Source: an uncultured Collinsella sp. (GTDB lineage: Bacteria > Actinomycetota > Coriobacteriia > Coriobacteriales > Coriobacteriaceae). Taken from it: 64,000 nucleotides of DNA. The position numbers and the translations under genes were made by a program. Shown one piece after another: positions 43,531 through 51,534 of the stretch. The notes under the pieces were generated by a model. It was not told the origin of the DNA. It saw nothing but the letters and a program-made list of their open reading frames with translations, and ran no database searches. The DNA is taken from NCBI GenBank assembly GCA_900542365.1, contig UQNH01000001.1, positions 33,130 through 97,129 on the forward strand, given 5' to 3'. Position 1 is the stretch's first letter; each line of letters begins with the position of its first letter.

Positions 43531-44787
43531 ATGGCATTGCAGTTTACAGAGCGCGAGTTTATTCCCGTGCTGCTCGGTGGCGACATCAACGCCTATTCGG
43601 TGGCGCGCGCCTTCTATGAGGAGTACCAGGTCAAGAGTCTGGTCTTTGGCAAGTATCAGACGGGTCCCGCGTACCGCAGCCAGATTATCGACTACACGCC
43701 CAACGTGGACATCGATACCATGCCCGTGATGCTCAGGACCGTCAACGGCATTGCCCAAGCGCATGCCGATAAGACGATTGTCCTTGTGGGCTGTGGCGAT
43801 AACTATGTTGCCCTCGTGGCTCAGGCCAAGGATGCCCATGAGCTGGCGGATAACATCGTCGCGCCTTACGCTCCCTATAGCATGCTTGAGCAGTGTCAGA
43901 AGAAGGAGATCTTCTACGAGCTGTGCGAGAAGCATGGCGTGCCCTATCCGCATACCTTTACCTTCACCATGGCGATGCTGAACGCCCAAGGCGAGGCGCC
44001 TGCCGAAGTGCTCGACCAGATCGATTTTCCCTACCCGATGATTCTGAAGCCTTCTGACGGCATCATGTGGTGGCAGCACGAGTTCGAGGGCCAGAAAAAG
44101 GCCTATGAGATTGCCGACCGTGCCGAGCTGGAACAGGTCATTCGCGACTCGTATGCCAGCGGCTACACCGACGACCTGATCTTGCAGGATCGCGTGCCCG
44201 GCAATGACGAGTACATGCGCGTGCTCACCAGTTATTCCGACCGCAACGGCAAGGTGCGCATGATGTGCCTGGGTCACGTGCTGCTCGAGGAGCATCAGCC
44301 TCACGGTGTCGGCAACCACGCCTGTATCATCACCGAGCCCAATGACGAGCTCATGGGCGGCGTGCGCAAGTTGCTCGAGGACCTTCACTTTGTGGGCTAT
44401 TCCAACTTTGACGTTAAGTATGACGAGCGCGACGGCTCGTTTAAGTTCTTCGATTTCAACACGCGCCAAGGTCGCAGCAACTACTACGTCACTAACAGCG
44501 GCTTTAACGTTGCCAAGTATGTGGTGGACGAGTATGTGTTCAACCGCCCGTTTGAGCCGGAGTTTGTGACGGCGCAGGACGAGGCGCTGTGGATGGTCGT
44601 TCCCATGGGGGTCGTCGACAAGTACGTCAAGGATCCCGAGCTGCGCGCTAAGGTGCATCGCCTGGACAAGGAAGGCAAGGGCGCCGACCCTTCGTTTATG
44701 AAGGGCGACTTTGTCTTTAACCGCTGGCTGCGCATGTGGCACACCAAGCTGCGCCACTTTAAGCTGTTCAAGACGTATTACAAGTAG
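43531..44787 (+). CDS. ATP-grasp carboxylate-amine ligase, D-aspartate ligase-like
   Basis: 418 aa. N-terminus FIPVLLGGDINAYSVARAFYEEY is typical of the D-Asp ligase ATP-grasp group. Directly followed by an Asp/Glu racemase gene. Confidence 0.6.
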   Translation: MALQFTEREFIPVLLGGDINAYSVARAFYEEYQVKSLVFGKYQTGPAYRSQIIDYTPNVDIDTMPVMLRTVNGIAQAHADKTIVLVGCGDNYVALVAQAKDAHELADNIVAPYAPYSMLEQCQKKEIFYELCEKHGVPYPHTFTFTMAMLNAQGEAPAEVLDQIDFPYPMILKPSDGIMWWQHEFEGQKKAYEIADRAELEQVIRDSYASGYTDDLILQDRVPGNDEYMRVLTSYSDRNGKVRMMCLGHVLLEEHQPHGVGNHACIITEPNDELMGGVRKLLEDLHFVGYSNFDVKYDERDGSFKFFDFNTRQGRSNYYVTNSGFNVAKYVVDEYVFNRPFEPEFVTAQDEALWMVVPMGVVDKYVKDPELRAKVHRLDKEGKGADPSFMKGDFVFNRWLRMWHTKLRHFKLFKTYYK

Positions 44788-44871
44788 ATGAGTGCGGCGC
44801 CCGTCCGGTTTACATCGGGCGGGCGCGGGTATGATACGCGCAATTGCGCAAACGTCACCAAGGAGGCGGCG

Positions 44872-45618
44872 ATGGAAAAGCTGGGAGTTATCGGCGGCAT
44901 GGGCGCCGAGGCCACGTCGTATTACTACGACCAGGTGGTGCGCCATACGGCTGCTGCCTGCGATCAGGAACATATCGACATGGTGGTGCTCTCCAAGTCG
45001 ACCATGCCCGACCGCACGCTTGCCATTAAGACCGGCGAGCATGCCAAGCTGCTGGCGACCATGAAAGAGTGTGCCCAGGCACTCGAGTCGCTGGGCTGTG
45101 CGCACATTGCCATTCCCTGCAACACGTCGCACTACTTCTACGACCAGATCCAGTCGTTTACGAAGGTGCCGATTATCCACATGCCGCGTGAGTCGGTGCG
45201 CTATGCCCTTGCGGGTGCGGTGATGGGGGAGTGCGAGTTCGACCCCAACCTGAGTATGCCGGCCGAGCCGGTGCACAAGATTGGCATTATGGGCACCGAC
45301 GGAACCGTGGGCGCGGGCGTCTACGGCCGCGAATGCGAGGCTGCGGGTGTTGAGGTCGTCTATCCCAGCGAGAAACGTCAGAACGATGTGATGTCGCTTA
45401 TCTACGATGATGTGAAGGCCGGACGTGAGCCCGATATGGATAAGTTCGACCGCGTGATGTGGGAGTTCGCCCGTAGCGGCTGCGACCGTGTCATTCTGGC
45501 CTGCACCGAGCTATCGGTGCTGCAGAAGTATCGAGAGATGCCCGAGATCACCCTTGACGCCATGGACGTCCTGGTGCGCGAATCCATCATCCGCAGCGGC
45601 GCCCCCTACCGCCTCTAG
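44872..45618 (+). CDS. Aspartate racemase family protein
   Basis: MEKLGVIGGMGAEATSYYY..., IPCNTSH and ILACTELS (two catalytic Cys motifs). RBS AAGGAGG. Confidence 0.8.
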   Translation: MEKLGVIGGMGAEATSYYYDQVVRHTAAACDQEHIDMVVLSKSTMPDRTLAIKTGEHAKLLATMKECAQALESLGCAHIAIPCNTSHYFYDQIQSFTKVPIIHMPRESVRYALAGAVMGECEFDPNLSMPAEPVHKIGIMGTDGTVGAGVYGRECEAAGVEVVYPSEKRQNDVMSLIYDDVKAGREPDMDKFDRVMWEFARSGCDRVILACTELSVLQKYREMPEITLDAMDVLVRESIIRSGAPYRL

Positions 45619-45677
45619 CTTCCGACCTGCCAAAAAGGGACAGGTTTATTTTGGTAGGTTTTATCTGGTGAAACAGT

Positions 45678-45715
45678 AAAGGCCTCGGCTCGTTTGGTGC
45701 GAGCCGAGGCCTTTT
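45678..45715. terminator. Bidirectional terminator
   Basis: Perfect 15-bp stem AAAGGCCTCGGCTCG / CGAGCCGAGGCCTTT with a 7-nt loop. Confidence 0.85.
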
Positions 45716-45743
45716 GCGTTGGGCGGTTGCTGTCGGTGGTGAA

Positions 45744-46490
45744 CTAGAAAAGGAAGCCGATGGAGATAAGGGCGATACTGACGATAAGTACGGCGATATC
45801 CAGGCCTTTGATGGGGTAGCGCTTATACGAACTCGCACGCGTGCGCAGGTAGAAGCCGCGCTGCTCGGCGGCAAGCGCGGTGGCATCGGTCTTGCCCACG
45901 CTCGAAATAAGCAGTGGCACGCACAGCGGCAGCATGAGCTTGAGTTTCTTGACGGGATTCTTAGTGTCGTATTCTACGCCGCGTGCAGTCTGCGCCTCCA
46001 TGATGGCGTTCATTTCCTGGCCAAATACCGGCACAAAGCGCAGCGCCGTGGTAAAGGTGAAGGCATAGCGATATGGCACGTGCAGCACCTCGACGCAGGC
46101 GTTGGCGAGGTCGTTGAGCTTGGTCACCATAAGCATGAGGATGAGCGGCAGCGCCACGCCCAACAGACGCAGGCAGGCCTTTGTTCCGGTGATGAGGCCC
46201 TCGTCGGTGACAAAGCCCCACACCACGTTGCCATCGCGCATAAAGGCCAGCTGGAGCACCAGCATGATAAGCGCGAGCGGAATCAGCAACTTGAGTAGCG
46301 AGAACAGACGGTTGACGACGCCGGCATAGGCACCCAGTACAAGGGTGAGTGCCAAAAAGCCCAGCAGCGCCACGTAGGTGTCGGACAAGAAGATGCCGAT
46401 GATGATGGCGGCGGCGAGGCCCAGTTTGATGACGGGGTTCAGGCGATGCAGCAGCGTATCGCCCGGCATGTAGTCGATGACGTTAACCAC
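45744..46490 (-). CDS. ecfT: ECF transporter transmembrane (T) component
   Basis: CbiQ/EcfT-like polytopic protein with the ARG...R motifs (EAQTARGVEY, LAAEQRGF). GTG-46490 overlaps the ecfA stop codon. ATG-46469 is an alternative start. Confidence 0.75.
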   Translation of the reverse strand: MVNVIDYMPGDTLLHRLNPVIKLGLAAAIIIGIFLSDTYVALLGFLALTLVLGAYAGVVNRLFSLLKLLIPLALIMLVLQLAFMRDGNVVWGFVTDEGLITGTKACLRLLGVALPLILMLMVTKLNDLANACVEVLHVPYRYAFTFTTALRFVPVFGQEMNAIMEAQTARGVEYDTKNPVKKLKLMLPLCVPLLISSVGKTDATALAAEQRGFYLRTRASSYKRYPIKGLDIAVLIVSIALISIGFLF

Positions 46491-48234
46491 GGCGGTCCAT
46501 CTCCTCGGTAATACGAACGATATCGGTGACCTCACTCACCTGCGCAAAGGCAGGCGAGACGGAGGATGCCAGGCGGCGTGAGAGTTCAATGACCTGGGGC
46601 GGCTCGACGTAGGCACGCTGCATGAGTTCGATGTTCGAAAACAGCTCGTGCGTGCGGCCGCGGTCGAGGATGCGGCCGTTTGCCATTACCACAATGCGCT
46701 CGGCAAAATCCGAAACGACTTCCATATCGTGGCAGACCATGATAACGGCGCAACCGCGCTCGGCCATGGTGCGCACCGTTTCCATGACGGTCATGCACTC
46801 GCGGTAATCAAGGCCGCTCGTGGGCTCGTCGAGCACGACGATCTTGGGCTCTACGACCACGACAGAGGCGAGTGCCACCATCTGGCGCTGACCGCGCGAA
46901 AGCGAGAAAGGTGCCTCATCGGCAGGCAGGCCAAAGCGGTCGATGACGAGCTGGGCGCGACGCAGAGCCTCGGCGCGGTCCATGCCGCCAAGCTCCAAGC
47001 CAAAGGCGACCTCGTCGAGCACGGTGTCCTTGCAGATCTGACGGTCAGGGTTTTGGAAGAGGGTTGCGACTTCGCGGGCGATACGGCTCGTGGGAACGGC
47101 TGCGGTATCCAGTCCCGTGACGCGCACGCTGCCTGAGGCGGGCTTAAGCAGGCCTGTGAGCAGCTTGGTGAGCGTGGTCTTGCCGGCACCGTTCTGGCCG
47201 ACGATGCCCACGAGCTCGCCGGGATAGAGGGTTAGGTTGAGGTCGTGGACGGCGGCGCCGCCATTGGGATAGGCAAACTCAACATGGTCGAAGGTGAGCA
47301 CGGGCTCGGCGTCCTTGGCGTGCGGGCGCAACGACGGTGCGTGCGGTGAGCCGGCGGGTGCCTGAATGTCGCTGCTTGCGTGTGCGGGGTCGACGATGCC
47401 CGTAATCAGGCGCTCGGCCTCATCGACATCCAAGCAAGGGGTACCGCTTACCAGGCCATCGGCCTGGAGGCTATTGAAGATACGCGTGACGCGAGGGCAG
47501 TCGACGCCGATGGCACGGAGCTCGTCGGTATGCGCGAAGACCTCGTGTGGCTCGCCCTGCAGCGCGATTTCGCCCTGGTTGAGCACGAGCACGCGGTTGC
47601 AGTACTCCGAGAGCAGGGCGACCTTTTGCTCAACGACGACGATGGTGATTCCAAGTGCGCGGTTTGCCTCACGTAGCGTCTCGAAGACCAACGTGGAGCT
47701 GGCGGGGTCGAGTGCCGCGGTGGGCTCGTCGAGAACCAAGACGCGCGGACGCATAGCGAGGATGGCAGCGATGGCTACCTTTTGCTTCTGTCCGCCCGAG
47801 AGGGTGGCGATCTCGCGGTCGCGCAGGTCGCTGATGCCGACGGTCTCGAGGGTTTCGGTGACGCGCTGCTCAATCTGGTCGTGCGGCACGCCAAAGTTCT
47901 CGAGGCCAAAGGGCATCTCATCCTCAACCACGGAGGCGACCATCTGCGTGTCGATGTCTTGCAGCACGCTGCCGACGATCTGCGACACATCGGTGAGCGA
48001 AACTTCACAGGTGTCGTTGCCGTCGACAGTGACGGAGCCAAAGAACGTGCCGGTGTAATGGTGGGGTACGGCTCCCGACAGACAGGCGGCAAGTGTAGAT
48101 TTGCCGGCGCCCGAAGGACCGATAATGCCAATAAAATCTCCCCTGTTCACGCCGAGCGAGATATGCTTAAGCACCTGCTCGGTCTGCGTGCCATAGGAGA
48201 ACGAGACATCGTCGACGTTGATGATCGTTTCCAT
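46483..48234 (-). CDS. Fused double ATPase of an ECF transporter (EcfA1-EcfA2)
   Basis: Two Walker A sites (GPSGAGKST, GQNGAGKTT), two signature motifs (LSGGQKQ, LSRGQRQ); 583 aa. Confidence 0.85.
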   Translation of the reverse strand: METIINVDDVSFSYGTQTEQVLKHISLGVNRGDFIGIIGPSGAGKSTLAACLSGAVPHHYTGTFFGSVTVDGNDTCEVSLTDVSQIVGSVLQDIDTQMVASVVEDEMPFGLENFGVPHDQIEQRVTETLETVGISDLRDREIATLSGGQKQKVAIAAILAMRPRVLVLDEPTAALDPASSTLVFETLREANRALGITIVVVEQKVALLSEYCNRVLVLNQGEIALQGEPHEVFAHTDELRAIGVDCPRVTRIFNSLQADGLVSGTPCLDVDEAERLITGIVDPAHASSDIQAPAGSPHAPSLRPHAKDAEPVLTFDHVEFAYPNGGAAVHDLNLTLYPGELVGIVGQNGAGKTTLTKLLTGLLKPASGSVRVTGLDTAAVPTSRIAREVATLFQNPDRQICKDTVLDEVAFGLELGGMDRAEALRRAQLVIDRFGLPADEAPFSLSRGQRQMVALASVVVVEPKIVVLDEPTSGLDYRECMTVMETVRTMAERGCAVIMVCHDMEVVSDFAERIVVMANGRILDRGRTHELFSNIELMQRAYVEPPQVIELSRRLASSVSPAFAQVSEVTDIVRITEEMDRRG

Positions 48235-48254
48235 GGATACCTTTCAGAGTCATC

Positions 48255-48294
48255 GGGGACGTTCTTACATGACTAGTCGTTTAAGAACGTCCCC
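48255..48294 (-). promoter_or_regulatory. Intercistronic 13-bp perfect hairpin between the S-component and ATPase genes
   Basis: GGGGACGTTCTTA / TAAGAACGTCCCC with a 14-nt loop that itself contains the palindrome GACTAGTC. No U-tract. Confidence 0.6.
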
Positions 48295-48340
48295 AAGAGC
48301 TAGTTGTTTGGGACAGTCTTTACCGATGGGGCACTGTGGG

Positions 48341-48913
48341 TTAGTTGAGCTTCAGGGCCTTCTGGATGGGCAGGTAGAGGGCGCCGACCAGGATGGCGTT
48401 AAAGACGGCGGTCATGGCGACAACGGGCAGCATGGCTGCGGCGAGCTCGCCCACCACGCCGAGCATGGCCATCTTGATGACCATGAAGATGACGCCCGAG
48501 ACAAAGGTGGTCACGAACGTTGCGACGATGGCGACAATAGGCTTAACCTGGCCGCCCTTGGTAGCAGCGTTGACAATGACAGCCATGAGCATGGCGGCAA
48601 TGCCCTCGGCGGCAAAATCGACAAACGGCGAGGTGGTGGTGATCTGGATCACGGCGGCCGAAATGAGGCCGATGACGAGCGCCTGGCCAATGTTGGGGCG
48701 AACGACCAAGATGGTGAGGCAGAAGGCCGAGATGATGAACTCGGGGCTGATCATGCCGCCCGAGATGCTGGAGATAGCCTTGCCGACGGTGAAGTTGAGA
48801 ATGAAGCCGGCAGCAAGCAGAATGGCGAGCAGGACAAGGGCACGGATATCGAGTTTGCCACGGTCGGCGGTCTGGACGGTGCGGGGCTGGGCGGCGGTGG
48901 TGTTCTGAGACAT
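48341..48913 (-). CDS. trpP: ECF S component, TrpP-like (probable tryptophan transporter)
   Basis: 190 aa, 6 TM segments. Segment-wise resemblance to B. subtilis TrpP as recalled (PEFIISAFCLTILVV, ALVIGLISAAVIQITT, LPVVAMTAVFNAIL). A WWW leader ORF lies upstream. Confidence 0.6.
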   Translation of the reverse strand: MSQNTTAAQPRTVQTADRGKLDIRALVLLAILLAAGFILNFTVGKAISSISGGMISPEFIISAFCLTILVVRPNIGQALVIGLISAAVIQITTTSPFVDFAAEGIAAMLMAVIVNAATKGGQVKPIVAIVATFVTTFVSGVIFMVIKMAMLGVVGELAAAMLPVVAMTAVFNAILVGALYLPIQKALKLN

Positions 48914-48990
48914 GGTGAAAGTCCTTTCAAAAAGGGGAGTGCAAGAAAAAACGGAGGCGCGTGATGCGAATGCGATCGGGCTCGAGATAG

Positions 48991-49020
48991 AAAAAGGCCC
49001 CCGGTCGAAACCGGAGGCCT
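48991..49020 (-). terminator. Attenuator terminator in the trpP leader
   Basis: RNA GGCCUCCGG-UUUCGA-CCGGGGGCC (9 bp, 1 G-U pair) followed by UUUUU. Lies between the leader ORF and the trpP start. Confidence 0.65.
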
Positions 49021-49057
49021 TCCAATCACCTAGAGCGCAAAAACAGGCGTGAGGGAC

Positions 49058-49126
49058 TCACCGTCGACCGATCGTATTCGCATCACGCCACCACCAGTTG
49101 TTGAGAGACGTCATCGAGTTCTTCAT
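49058..49126 (-). CDS. Trp-rich leader peptide (22 aa), absent from the ORF track
   Basis: AAGGAG is followed by 8 nt and then ATG. Translation MKNSMTSLNNWWWRDANTIGRR. The three consecutive TGG codons are at 49088-49096. Confidence 0.7.
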   Translation of the reverse strand: MKNSMTSLNNWWWRDANTIGRR

Positions 49127-49318
49127 GTTGGTGGCTCCTTTCGTGATGCCGTGGCTCGGTAGCACCTGATTGCTGTTGCGCTGCACTATAGCACAGCGAT
49201 ATATGTGCAGGGAAATCTTTTTTGAAAAGATTTCAGCGGCGTTTCCCGCCGGTCAGATGACGGGCTAGGAGGGCAAGGCCGCTCACGCTGTCTCGCCCTC
49301 CTTTAGAACGTGAGGGCC

Positions 49319-51124
49319 TTAGGCCTTCTTGCGTCGATAGATCACGAAGCCGCAGACACCGATGATGACGACGGCGCCAACAGCCATGGCGGCCATGTTG
49401 TTGCCCTCGGACTTCTCCTCGGGGGCCTCTTCCTTCTCGACCTCGGGCTCGGCTACGTCCTCATCGGAGAGCGCCTCGTCGGCGTAGGTGATGGACTCGA
49501 CCAGGCAGTCGTTGTCGGCATCGTAGTCACTCGGGACGAACTTCTCGGAGAAGTCGCCCTTCTTGAGGTAATCGCGCATCTCCTCGAGCATGGCCTTGCA
49601 CTTGACGTAGGTGTTCTTGGTCGCGGCCTTGCCAGCCTTGTTGGCCAGGGCGGTGCGGGCCTCGGTGCCCTCGGCAGCCTGCATGGCCTCGTCGACGGTC
49701 AGGTTCTGCTCGATGAGCTCCTTCTGCAGAGCGTCGAGATAGGCGCGGACGCCGGTGGCGCAGTTGTCGCGGTTCTCCTCGGCGAGCGTGTTGATGTCCA
49801 TGAGGACGTAATTGATGGAGTTCTTGGGCTCCTCGTTGTTCACGACGTCTTCCTCTTCACAGTGATCGAAGGAGACATCCTGATCGCTGAAGTAGGGGCT
49901 GACCTCGGTGAGCAGTGCGGAGTAGAAGGGAATAGCGACGGAGAACTCGGCGTTGGAGAGCATCTCCCACTGGATGGTCGCGATCTCGGGGTCCATGCCC
50001 TGACGGATCTGGAAGGTGTGGATCTCGGTGTTGCGGTTGGAGCCGATGGCATAGGCACCGTCGGTGTTGGCGTTGAGGCCGGCGACATTCTCGCCACGAG
50101 TGGCAAAGCTGCGGATCATCTCGAAGGTGTTCCAGTCGGACTTGCCGGGCTGGAAGAACAGCGGCTGCATCTCGTGGACCAGGGCGCCGGTCGTGGCACG
50201 AGCATCTTCGCGCTCGTCCTTAACGATCTCGTAGTCGGTGCCCTCGGCAAGCGGAGCCATGAAGTAATCGCGGCCCTGGATATAGCGAGACCAAGAATGC
50301 ATGGCCTGCTCGCTAATTTCCTCACCGTAGGTCTGGGCAACGTCGAACTGGCCGTCCTCGAAGTACTTGGCAAAGCCCTTTTCTTCGGGCATGGTCTGAA
50401 TGTCCTTGGAGTGGAGGCAGTTCTCGGTATCGTCGAGGTTGACCTTGTAGTTAAGGTTGCCGATGTTGGGGTTGACCGAGGCGATGTCGTCGGTGAGCTT
50501 CATGGCAATCCACTGATGGCCAGAAAGTCCGGCGAACAGCCAGGTCTCGTTGTTGTCGGCGATGATGACCTGGTCGTTGGTGCAGATGCCCTGCTCGTCG
50601 ACCAGGCTACCGAGGAGCTCGACGCCCTCGCGGGCCGTGGCGCTCTCGCCCAGGATAACGCTGGCGTAATTGTACTCACCGATGCCGGTCTCCTCGGTAA
50701 TGGGGTCGGCCTCCTCAGCCTTCTCGTTGTAGGAGGTGCTCAGCGTGGCAGAGCAGGAGACACCCTTCTCGTTGATGCCAGCCTCGGAATAAGCGTCATA
50801 GCGATCTTCCCACTGAGAGGGGTTGTCGCGAACGAAGGTGTAGCGGTAGGTCGCGCCCTTGGACTTGTACTCAAAGCCTGATTCGAGCGAGCTATACTCG
50901 CTGCCGTCCTTGTGCGCAGGCTCAATGCCAAAGTGCTTGATATAGCGCGGGCTAAAGTCCTCTGCGCGGCCGTAGTACGTGTTGCCGTCCGCCGTGAGTT
51001 TGCTGCCCATGTAGATCTGGGTGCAAGCGAGCGCCGAGGTCGGCATGGCCATAATGGCCGCTGCTCCGAATGCAAGGCTGCAGCCAAGCTTCTTGAGCGT
51101 GTTGACAGGATGAGTAAACCTCAT
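49319..51124 (-). CDS. C69-family dipeptidase with a signal peptide and an acidic linker + TM anchor at the C-terminus
   Basis: The signal ends ...TSALA, followed by the nucleophile Cys in CTQIYMGSKLTADGNTYYGRAEDF. C-terminus ...EKEEAPEEKSEGNNMAAMAVGAVVIIGVCGFVIYRRKKA. RBS GGGAGGG. Confidence 0.8.
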   Translation of the reverse strand: MRFTHPVNTLKKLGCSLAFGAAAIMAMPTSALACTQIYMGSKLTADGNTYYGRAEDFSPRYIKHFGIEPAHKDGSEYSSLESGFEYKSKGATYRYTFVRDNPSQWEDRYDAYSEAGINEKGVSCSATLSTSYNEKAEEADPITEETGIGEYNYASVILGESATAREGVELLGSLVDEQGICTNDQVIIADNNETWLFAGLSGHQWIAMKLTDDIASVNPNIGNLNYKVNLDDTENCLHSKDIQTMPEEKGFAKYFEDGQFDVAQTYGEEISEQAMHSWSRYIQGRDYFMAPLAEGTDYEIVKDEREDARATTGALVHEMQPLFFQPGKSDWNTFEMIRSFATRGENVAGLNANTDGAYAIGSNRNTEIHTFQIRQGMDPEIATIQWEMLSNAEFSVAIPFYSALLTEVSPYFSDQDVSFDHCEEEDVVNNEEPKNSINYVLMDINTLAEENRDNCATGVRAYLDALQKELIEQNLTVDEAMQAAEGTEARTALANKAGKAATKNTYVKCKAMLEEMRDYLKKGDFSEKFVPSDYDADNDCLVESITYADEALSDEDVAEPEVEKEEAPEEKSEGNNMAAMAVGAVVIIGVCGFVIYRRKKA

Positions 51125-51351
51125 AATCCCTCCCAACTGTTGAGACCCCGCAAAGCTATGTGGAATCTCAGCTAATAAATACATCTATTAGCCTATAGGA
51201 AGTCTAAAGAGTATTCATCTATTTCGATGAAATACTCGATGAGCGTCCTAAAATATGCGATGAACGGATAAGAATACTCATTATGTAGCTTTACTTAAAT
51301 AAAGGCACCCTGCAATTACTCTACCTGAATAAAGCACCTTGCACGGGGCGC

Positions 51352-51396
51352 AAAGAAAAATCCCCCGCTGTTTGGCAAATGCATAAACAACGGGGG
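51352..51396 (-). terminator. Terminator of the dagK-like/small-peptide unit
   Basis: RNA CCCCCGUUGUUU / AAACAGCGGGGG (12 bp, 1 G-U pair), 11-nt loop, then AUUUUUCUUUG. Confidence 0.8.
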
Positions 51397-51432
51397 AGAC
51401 GATGATTGGATGAATATCATACCAATGTGGAA

Positions 51433-51525
51433 TTACTTCTTCCGGCGGTGGATCACGTTAATCGCATAGCCGATGAGCATGGCCAAAACGATGACGATAA
51501 AGCCGAGCAGGGGATTGTCGTTCAT
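51433..51525 (-). CDS. 30-aa single-TM peptide, absent from the ORF track
   Basis: GGAGGA is followed by 4 nt and then ATG, immediately after the upstream stop codon. Translation MNDNPLLGFIVIVLAMLIGYAINVIHRRKK. Lies upstream of the operon terminator. Confidence 0.45.
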   Translation of the reverse strand: MNDNPLLGFIVIVLAMLIGYAINVIHRRKK

Positions 51526-51534
51526 GGGGTCCTC

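Noticed and set aside
49058-49130. T-box leader as an alternative explanation for the GGUGGUGGCGUG sequence upstream of trpP
   Set aside because: The sequence resembles the T-box core only superficially. No stem I/specifier-loop architecture or AGAGA/GA motifs were seen. The sequence is in frame within an SD-preceded ORF with a proper stop codon.
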